DNA of 32,000 bases from positions 1,260,001-1,292,000 of the forward strand of contig CP001848.1 in the NCBI GenBank assembly GCA_000025185.1, given 5' to 3'. Positions 8,320 through 14,401 of this stretch are shown one piece after another. This DNA is from Pirellula staleyi DSM 6068. GTDB lineage: Bacteria; Planctomycetota; Planctomycetia; Pirellulales; Pirellulaceae. A program made the translations under genes and the position numbers. The notes beneath the pieces were generated by a model, which saw only the letters and a program-made list of their open reading frames with translations, ran no database searches and was not told the DNA's origin. Every line of letters starts with the position of its first letter. Positions within the stretch are counted from its first letter, which is position 1.

Positions 8320-9339
8320 ATGAATGCTGCCATCTATCCCATCTCGGGTCGTCGCCGCGCTCTTGCGATCGATCAGCGCCGCGCTTTCACACTCGTCGAG
8401 CTGCTGGTGGTGATCGCGATTATCGGGGTGCTTGTCGCCCTGCTTTTGCCCGCCGTTCAAGCGGCCCGCGAAGCAGCCCGGCGAATGAGTTGTGCGAACA
8501 ATCTCAAACAACTCACGTTGGCGATGCATAACTTCGAAAGCAGTCATGGCTCGCTCCCCGGTGGGGAGCATGAAGCGTTCTCGGGCGCGAATGCCTATTT
8601 TTCACCCCATGCCATGATGTCGCAGTTTTATGAGCAAGGGAACTTTTATAGTAAGCTGAATTTGAATCTCAGCCCTTATGATGCGGTGAACTATAATGCA
8701 GCGATGCTGCAACCGAAAACCTTAATATGTCCGAGCGATCCGCGCCCTGGAAAGAATGAACCTTTAGGATGGACCAATTATCATTGTAATAGTGGTGGCT
8801 GGGTTGTCACGAATCAATGGGATGGTGTGTTTGGTCCCATGGCCGATGTAGGAGGTGGCAAGAAGACAGGTCCACTCCGTTTTGCAGATGTCACCGACGG
8901 ACTAAGTAACACCAGTGCCTTCGCGGAAGTGGTGAATGGGGCTGCTTCGTCGGGCTCGAAGCCAAGCCGCTTTGATTGTTATGAGTTCGGGGCAAGTCCC
9001 ACCGGAACTGCGACCGCGATTCGGACCGCTTTCGCCACCAAAGATTGGAAAACATCGACGATTCCTTGGAGCGGCAGCTGGCGCTATCGCGGCTATCCCT
9101 GGACCGAAGGGACGCATTGGCGAAGCTGGTACAACCACGTCATGCCACCCAACAGCGTCTGCTGGCTCCCCGATGGAGACTTCTGGAAACTCGTCAGCCC
9201 GTCGTCGAGCTATCACCCTGCCGGTGTGAACGCCAGCATGTGCGATGGGAGCGTGCGGTTTGTTGCCGATTCGATCAACGGCGACGTTTGGACCGCCACT
9301 GGCACCCGCAACGGGAAAGAAGCACTCGCGCTTCCCTAG
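8320..9339 (+). CDS. DUF1559 / H-X9-DG prepilin-type N-terminal cleavage-methylation domain protein (paralog 2)
   Basis: ATG 8320 has GGGGGAG 10 nt upstream (alternative GTG 8314). It has the same N-terminal 36 aa as paralog 1 and the H-X9-DG motif [17 protein letters not shown]. By eye it is roughly 70% identical to paralog 1. Confidence 0.88.
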   Translation: MNAAIYPISGRRRALAIDQRRAFTLVELLVVIAIIGVLVALLLPAVQAAREAARRMSCANNLKQLTLAMHNFESSHGSLPGGEHEAFSGANAYFSPHAMMSQFYEQGNFYSKLNLNLSPYDAVNYNAAMLQPKTLICPSDPRPGKNEPLGWTNYHCNSGGWVVTNQWDGVFGPMADVGGGKKTGPLRFADVTDGLSNTSAFAEVVNGAASSGSKPSRFDCYEFGASPTGTATAIRTAFATKDWKTSTIPWSGSWRYRGYPWTEGTHWRSWYNHVMPPNSVCWLPDGDFWKLVSPSSSYHPAGVNASMCDGSVRFVADSINGDVWTATGTRNGKEALALP

Positions 9340-9458
9340 CCGGTTGCTCGATCCCAGCGGAGCGTTTGCACTTTATACGAAGCACTATTTTTTATCCCTT
9401 CACGCTCGAGCATCGGCGGCTGATGCCAACGAGCGTGAACTGCTGAGGAACTTGAAGA

Positions 9459-9626
9459 ATGATTCGCAACTGGTTTACTTGTTCGTTGCTTGCCACCGCC
9501 CTGCTGTCGGTGATGATGAGTGGCTGTGGCTCAGAAACAGTCACCAAGACCGAGGATCCTGCCACAATCGAGCAGAAGCGCCAGGAACATCAGCAGATGT
9601 CGCAGCGCGAACGGATGGGCCCCTAG
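9459..9626 (+). CDS. putative small lipoprotein (55 aa); below the 60-aa cutoff of the ORF track
   Basis: My translation is MIRNWFTCSLLATALLSVMMSGCGSETVTKTEDPATIEQKRQEHQQMSQRERMGP*. It has a basic n-region, a hydrophobic core and an MSGC lipobox-like site. GAGGAA lies 8 nt upstream of the ATG. The TAG stop is at 9624-9626. Confidence 0.45.
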   Translation: MIRNWFTCSLLATALLSVMMSGCGSETVTKTEDPATIEQKRQEHQQMSQRERMGP

Positions 9627-9732
9627 TGTTTCGTCTATCGGTTAATGTCATCCTCAGCTGCGATTCACACTGCTGGACAAGCCAGCAGTGCCACCCAGAG
9701 ACACATGACATTGATCGATAGACTTACTACTA
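9624..9732 (+). mobile_element. MITE-like element: 28-bp imperfect terminal inverted repeats around the perfect hairpin core
   Basis: The left arm 9624-9651 is TAGTGTTTCGTCTATCGGTTAATGTCAT. The reverse complement of the right arm 9705-9732 is TAGTAGTAAGTCTATCGATCAATGTCAT (22/28 match). The core CACTGCTGG-ACAAG-CCAGCAGTG is at 9668-9690, followed by CCACCC. Confidence 0.7.
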
Positions 9733-9804
9733 GTCTGTCGATCGCTAACCATCGCTGGTTCTATGCCCCGGTTGGATTGCCGCTGGGGTCGGATCGCGAG
9801 GCTT

Positions 9805-9873
9805 CGAAACCATAAGGTGCACAGCGCTGGCGAAGTCCTCGTCCGTCAGGTTCCCCACGGACACCTGACCTAC
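9805..9873 (+). repeat. 69-bp direct repeat, copy A
   Basis: CGAAACCATAAGGTGCACAGCGCTGGCGAAGTCCTCGTCCGTCAGGTTCCCCACGGACACCTGACCTAC matches copy B at 65/69. It contains GTCAGGT-(11 nt)-ACCTGAC, which can form a hairpin. Confidence 0.85.
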
Positions 9874-9944
9874 TAGTTCGTTGAGCAATCAATGTCAGCG
9901 TAATTCGAGTCTCACACTGCTGGACAAGCCAGCAGTGCCGCCCC
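9874..9944 (+). repeat. REP/MITE-like element copy (arm variant plus perfect hairpin core)
   Basis: The arm TAGTTCGTTGAGCAATCAATGTCAG starts at 9874. The perfect core CACTGCTGGACAAGCCAGCAGTG is at 9915-9937, followed by CCGCCCC. Confidence 0.7.
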
Positions 9945-9946
9945 AA

Positions 9947-10015
9947 CGAAACCATAACGTGCACACTGCTGGCGAAGTCCTTGTCCGTCAGGTTCCCCAC
10001 GGACACCTGACCTAC
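9947..10015 (+). repeat. 69-bp direct repeat, copy B (142 bp downstream of copy A)
   Basis: There are 4 mismatches to copy A over 69 nt. It is followed at 10016-10044 by an inverted, truncated arm-like end that overlaps the stop of the 10042..11595 gene. Confidence 0.85.
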
Positions 10016-10041
10016 AGGGCGGTCGAGCAATCGACGAAGTG

Positions 10042-11595
10042 CTACTTCTCGGAAGTGGTGCGAAGTTTCAGCACGGCCAAAATCGGCAGATGGTCGGAAG
10101 CGATCGGTTCTTCGAGGACCTTCACTTCCACCACTTCCCACGCATCATCGGGGCGGCAGAGAACGAAATCGATTTGCCGCTCTGGTTTATCGGTGGGGAT
10201 GGTTGGCGTTTCGGTTTCGCCGGCGATTTTCCAGTGAGCGCCGAGTTTCTTCAGCGTCTCGGTCTCGCGTGTGGCGTTGAGATCGCCCCCCAAAATCGTA
10301 GCGACGGTTTGCTCTTTTACGAGCTTTTCGGTGAGCCACGCAACACTCGCCAAACGCTCGTCTTCTTTACCGCGATAGTCGAAATGCGTGGCGGCGACGC
10401 GTAAGGTTGGCGCGCGTCCTGGGAGGCTGATCTCGGCCACGAGTACACCGCGCTGCTCGCCACCGTCGAGTGACGGAAGCAGATGATTATCGTGACGCTC
10501 GATCTTATAGCGCGACAAAATCGCGTTCCCATAACCGCCCCCTTGGAGCGCCAGGTTGCTCCCAAAACAGAACTCCATCTTGGTGAGTTCGGCGAGCACT
10601 TTCGGCTGATCGACTTTGCCACTCCGCGCGACGTTCTGGTCCACTTCCTGCAGCAGCACGAGGTCGGGATTTACCGAGGTGATGATCTTGGCGAGTCGTG
10701 GTAGATCGAGTTTGCGGTCGTTCCCTTCGCCGTGATGAATGTTGTACGAAAGGACGCGCAGCGTGATTGGCGCGACCGCCTGGCTCGGGAGTTTTGCGAC
10801 GATAATCTTACGCTCTTTGCGGCTGATTCCGAGCAGATTTCCATCCACCGGGTCGATGGCGATCCCTTGTCCAGTGAAGGGGCAGCCCAGGATTTCGACC
10901 AGCTTCAGCTCGTCTCCTGCGGCCGGGATCGCGAGGCTGAAGAGGACCCCGTCGTCGTGCCCAGTCACAAACAGCCGATCGCCGATGAAGAGCCCGCCGG
11001 AAACGCTCATGCTTCCCAGGTGGCTGATCATGGCGGCGGGATAGCGATAGCGTCGAAGCTCGGTCCAGTCGTCGTTGTAGGTGACGAGAAAGGTCTCGTG
11101 GTTGGCTTTGCCATACTTGGCGAAATTGCACCACCACTGGCCGGCGTGACGCACGACCCAGGTGAGGCTGCCACCAGCGTCCCCCAGGTCGCGCAGTGTC
11201 GAGAGTTCCATCGTCGCGGGATCGAGCGCTTTGATCTCGCTTTTCTCGGGCATCAGCGGATAGTTGCTGTGGGCCAGCAGCAGTTTGCCTTCATGAAAAA
11301 AGCCGCTGTTCAGATGCATCGCTTCACCACTGCTGGTGGCGACTCGCTCGGCCGTTTTGCGATCGTATTTCCCGACGCTGCTGCTGGTGATGGCGTAGTA
11401 GAACTTGTCGTCGGCGGCCACTGCTTGGTGCGCTTCGGCGGCCGCAATTTCGGCGATTTTCGGGCAGTTTTGCGTGGTTTTGGGGGGCTCGGCAGCAGCG
11501 CGCGAGACCAGCAGGCTGCTGGCCGAAAGACCAACGAGGAGTGCCAGCGCAAAGGTGGTCCAGCGATCGTCACAGCGGCGCGCGGCAAAGAACAT
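10042..11595 (-). CDS. secreted two-domain protein: unknown N-terminal domain plus C-terminal endonuclease/exonuclease/phosphatase (EEP) domain
   Basis: ATG 11595 gives MFFAARRCDDRWTTFALALLVGLSASSLLVSRAAA (signal-like). The C-terminal half (LRVLSYNIHHG...DLVLLQEVD...GNAILSRY...ATHFDY...GGDLNA...SDHLPILAVL) carries the EEP catalytic motifs. Confidence 0.8.
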   Translation of the reverse strand: MFFAARRCDDRWTTFALALLVGLSASSLLVSRAAAEPPKTTQNCPKIAEIAAAEAHQAVAADDKFYYAITSSSVGKYDRKTAERVATSSGEAMHLNSGFFHEGKLLLAHSNYPLMPEKSEIKALDPATMELSTLRDLGDAGGSLTWVVRHAGQWWCNFAKYGKANHETFLVTYNDDWTELRRYRYPAAMISHLGSMSVSGGLFIGDRLFVTGHDDGVLFSLAIPAAGDELKLVEILGCPFTGQGIAIDPVDGNLLGISRKERKIIVAKLPSQAVAPITLRVLSYNIHHGEGNDRKLDLPRLAKIITSVNPDLVLLQEVDQNVARSGKVDQPKVLAELTKMEFCFGSNLALQGGGYGNAILSRYKIERHDNHLLPSLDGGEQRGVLVAEISLPGRAPTLRVAATHFDYRGKEDERLASVAWLTEKLVKEQTVATILGGDLNATRETETLKKLGAHWKIAGETETPTIPTDKPERQIDFVLCRPDDAWEVVEVKVLEEPIASDHLPILAVLKLRTTSEK

Positions 11596-11673
11596 AAAGC
11601 ACCTTCGGAGCAGAGTGCGCAAGAACGTCAGCGTGCAGCCGGAGGCGAAGAGAGCGTCTGCTGTGCGAAGCAA

Positions 11674-12054
11674 TTACGACGAACGACCAGCAGCCGATCG
11701 CATCGCTTCCACCACTTCCGGCAGCGGATATTCTAGCAACGAAAGCCCCTCGGTTTGAGCCAATTCGCACAATCTTAGCCACCCGCGCGTGACGAGCGTT
11801 TCGCGGCTGGCAACATACGCCGGGTCGAGCTGCCGTTTGTCGAACAGCGAGTCGTCGACCACTGCCGGAAACTTCTCGTGCACGATGAACTGCGCGAGCG
11901 GCTTGTTGCAGAGAATGTGCCGCTCTTTGGTGGTGTGCAGCGTTTCGGGATCGATCATCCCGATGACATAGCGGAGGTAGAGATCGCTCTCAAAGATATG
12001 CTCAACATCGCCGCCGCAGATGTCGCACAGATAACCTTCTTCGCACTTTGCCAT
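11674..12054 (-). CDS. hypothetical protein with an N-terminal CxxC motif
   Basis: 126 aa from ATG 12054 (MAKCEEGYLCDICGG...). The longer TTG 12075 start is possible. No family recognised. It has the same orientation as the flanking genes, and its codon usage looks like theirs. Confidence 0.55.
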   Translation of the reverse strand: MAKCEEGYLCDICGGDVEHIFESDLYLRYVIGMIDPETLHTTKERHILCNKPLAQFIVHEKFPAVVDDSLFDKRQLDPAYVASRETLVTRGWLRLCELAQTEGLSLLEYPLPEVVEAMRSAAGRSS

Positions 12055-12085
12055 AACAGAGGGACCGTCTAACAATCTCAGATTT

Positions 12086-12200
12086 ATGGGTGGTTCTGCT
12101 CGGCATAGCTCGACACAGTTTTAGCCTCTTCAAGCTGCTCACTGCTGGACAAGCCAGCAGTGCCACCCCATTTTGAAGGACATGGGTGACTCTGCTCGGC
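12086..12200. repeat. 19-bp direct repeats (17/19) flanking a 77-bp segment with a perfect hairpin core
   Basis: ATGGGTGGTTCTGCTCGGC is at 12086-12104 and ATGGGTGACTCTGCTCGGC at 12182-12200. The core CACTGCTGGACAAGCCAGCAGTG at 12140-12162 is followed by CCACCCC. Confidence 0.7.
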
Positions 12201-12266
12201 GGAGTTCAGCACAAAGAGGCGTCGTGCGCTTGCGGTTCGGCAGTTTGGAGCCTGCCCTACGTTCGA

Positions 12267-12719
12267 TTAAGCCTTGCCGCACTCGAGGCAGCGACCTTTC
12301 AGGAAGATCTCGGTCACTTCGCCCAGGAGTGGTTCTTTCGCTCCACCTTTGGTCTTTACGATCTTCACTTCCACGCCGTTGAGGCAGGTGACTTTGCCGC
12401 AATCGACGCACATGAAGTGGGGATGCTGTCCCGCTTCGTGATGATCGCCGCGACGAAGCTCAAAACGCCAGCTGTGATCCCCAACCTCCAGCCGCGTGAG
12501 GATATTGGCGTCGGCCAACTCGACCAGGCAGCGATAGATGGTCGATTTGTCGAATCCTTCGGGGACGAGCACTTCTGCCACATCGGAGTGGCTCAGTGGT
12601 TTGCCAGCGACCGCCACATGCTGCAGCACAGCCACGCGCGACGTGGTGCTCCGGAGCCCTGCGCCACGCAGCATCTCGCGGGCTTCTTTAACGGTAAGTT
12701 CGGAGGTTGCTGCGTTCAT
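12267..12719 (-). CDS. Fur-family metalloregulator (Fur, Zur or PerR type not resolved)
   Basis: 150 aa. The N-terminal winged helix reads LRGAGLRSTTSRVAVLQHV....PLSHSDV. The HHEAGQHPHFMCVDCGKV and CLECG motifs give two CxxC pairs for the structural metal site. Confidence 0.85.
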   Translation of the reverse strand: MNAATSELTVKEAREMLRGAGLRSTTSRVAVLQHVAVAGKPLSHSDVAEVLVPEGFDKSTIYRCLVELADANILTRLEVGDHSWRFELRRGDHHEAGQHPHFMCVDCGKVTCLNGVEVKIVKTKGGAKEPLLGEVTEIFLKGRCLECGKA

Positions 12720-12828
12720 AATAAGTAATTAGATAGTCGAGGCCGATCGAGCGGCGATGGCGAATTTAGTAAAGGAACCGTGCAATCTTCTCAGGCGAGC
12801 CAGGCTTTTCCGATGATTCAGAGCTCGC

Positions 12829-13245
12829 TTAACAATAGGAATTCCGTTCCACGGCGTGATCGATACCGGCTTCGATAAGTTGCACGACATGCTGATCGGC
12901 GAGTTGATAGTAGATATGTTTTCCATCGCGACGCTGCGACACCAAGCGCTCGCTCCGGAGCAACTTGAGGCGCTGCGAAATCGCGGGGAGACTATCTCCC
13001 GTTTCGGTGGCGAGCTGGCTGACACACTGTTCGCCAGCCGCCAGCAGCGCGAGAAGATGCAGCCGAGCGGGATCGCCGAGGGCTCGAAAAATAGCAGCCG
13101 CCCGCTGCAGCGCCCCTTTGTCGACCGCGCGGGGCGAAGCGGTGGCCGGCAGGTGATCGTCGAGCTCGCACAGCGGCACGAGCGCTTCGGTCGAGGCGAG
13201 GCTCTCGGCCAGCCGACCGTCGTTCATCTCCGCCGTTGTCGACAT
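12829..13245 (-). CDS. ArsR/SmtB-family metalloregulatory transcription factor
   Basis: FRALGDPARLHLLALLAAGEQCVSQLATETGDSLPAISQRLKLLRSERLVSQRRDGKHIYYQL is the canonical ArsR HTH. ATG 13245 has AAGGTGG upstream. The alternative ATG 13293 adds 16 aa. Confidence 0.85.
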   Translation of the reverse strand: MSTTAEMNDGRLAESLASTEALVPLCELDDHLPATASPRAVDKGALQRAAAIFRALGDPARLHLLALLAAGEQCVSQLATETGDSLPAISQRLKLLRSERLVSQRRDGKHIYYQLADQHVVQLIEAGIDHAVERNSYC

Positions 13246-13323
13246 CGGTCCACCTTGCCGCCGCTCAACACCACGCAGTTCACCGCCACCCATCCCACTA
13301 CACTATTGCACTTGGAAAGCAAA

Positions 13324-13336
13324 TGCAACAGTTGCA
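13324..13336. promoter_or_regulatory. perfect 6-1-6 palindrome upstream of the ArsR-family gene; candidate autoregulatory operator
   Basis: TGCAAC-A-GTTGCA lies 79-91 nt upstream of ATG 13245, with a further TTGCA half-site at about 13303. ArsR/SmtB repressors typically bind inverted repeats in their own promoters. Confidence 0.35.
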
Positions 13337-13441
13337 CGCTTCTTTAAGCGTTGAGCTGCGAAGATAGGCAACCGCGCGGCGGTGTGTCAAGCATGCCGAG
13401 GGGAAGGAGGTCGAATCTTCGGGTTGAATCTTGAAGTTCGT

Positions 13442-14074
13442 TTAGCGGCGGAGGATGCCGAAGGCCGAGTTCGAGCCGACCCCCCGTTTGAATGCCAGAT
13501 GGATGTAGAACATGGCCAGGGCTTCGATCGAGCCGGCCATGTCGAGTCCACCGGCATCGAGCGGCTCAAAACCAATGTCGGTAATGAGTTGCGCCAAGAT
13601 GATTTTGGCCGCTTCATCGTCGCCGCAGTAGAACATCGTCGCTTTTTGGGTCCCGAACATCGGGTCGCGCATCGTTTTTACACCGGCGCTGTTAAACGCT
13701 TTGACGACAATAGCCCCCGGTGCCCAAGCGGCAATTTGCTGGGCTGCACTTCCCGCCGCAGGGACTTCGATGCCACTGAAATCCGACTTCAGCGGATTGC
13801 TGCAGTCGATGAGCAGACGCCCCGACAGATCTCCAAGCGTCGCCAAGGTTTGCTCAATCGCCGGCCATGGAACCGCCAGCAGAATGGCATCGGCACCGGC
13901 AATCGCTTCGTGCGGCAGATCGGCGCAGCTGTTGGCCCCACCAGCTTGCAGCAGCTTTTGCACCTTCTCCGAGGCTGGATCGCGGCTGCCGAACACCACG
14001 CTATGCCCTGCCGTGGACCATTTCACACCCAACGTTCCACCAACACCACCAGTACCAAGCACAGCGAGACGCAT
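13442..14074 (-). CDS. NADPH-dependent F420 reductase-like / NAD(P)-binding oxidoreductase
   Basis: ATG 14074 gives MRLAVLGTGGVGGTLGVKWSTAGHSVVFGSRDP (Rossmann GxGxxG). The overall layout (ADAILLAVPW.....L..L......L.GRLLIDCSNPL) resembles the NpdG/FNO family. Confidence 0.7.
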   Translation of the reverse strand: MRLAVLGTGGVGGTLGVKWSTAGHSVVFGSRDPASEKVQKLLQAGGANSCADLPHEAIAGADAILLAVPWPAIEQTLATLGDLSGRLLIDCSNPLKSDFSGIEVPAAGSAAQQIAAWAPGAIVVKAFNSAGVKTMRDPMFGTQKATMFYCGDDEAAKIILAQLITDIGFEPLDAGGLDMAGSIEALAMFYIHLAFKRGVGSNSAFGILRR

Positions 14075-14184
14075 CGTGGGGGATTCTCCGATCGAAGGTG
14101 AAATATGGGCAAGGTTTAGGGAGGGGAGCTTGGGGTCAAAACATCCACTCAAAAGATGGTTTTTAGAGGCTTTCCGCGATCAGT

Positions 14185-14198
14185 TGCGGTCGACCGCA
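14185..14198. promoter_or_regulatory. perfect 14-bp palindrome in the divergent region between the reductase-like gene and the transporter
   Basis: TGCGGTCGACCGCA is flanked by GATC on both sides. Three TTACGT motifs follow at 14310, 14358 and 14380, before ATG 14402. Confidence 0.3.
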
Positions 14199-14401
14199 GA
14201 TCAACGAGCCAAAAGGGGTTGGGAGCAGAAAAAAACCTCAGCAAGTGTGCGGCTTAGAGCACCCCTCTCCCCGTTTTAGGGGAAATCAAAACGCCAATAG
14301 GTAATACACTTACGTTTTCGCGACTACATCCATCTTGCCGCAAGCTACGGTTGCTCATTACGTTAAGCCTGCCAGCTAGTTACGTCACGTTTTTGTAGAC
14401 G

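Noticed and set aside
9245-9721. 158-aa ORF, plus other small ORFs (2827..3087, 9761..10141, 12139..12411), containing the peptide motifs CWTSQQCHP or HCWLVQQC
   Set aside because: These motifs are just translations of the repeated hairpin core in different frames and strands. The ORFs run across repeats and gene ends and have no start-site support.
9600-10050. Possible CRISPR array suggested by repeated palindromic units
   Set aside because: There are only two or three copies, the spacing is irregular, the intervening sequences are themselves repeats, copies occur in both orientations elsewhere in the window, and no cas genes are present. This pattern fits REP/MITE-type elements.
12720-12760. 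AT-rich stretch (ATAAGTAATTAGATAG) directly upstream of the Fur-family gene, considered as a Fur box
   Set aside because: It abuts the start codon and matches the 19-bp Fur consensus (GATAATGATAATCATTATC) poorly. I cannot support it without a position-weight-matrix scan.
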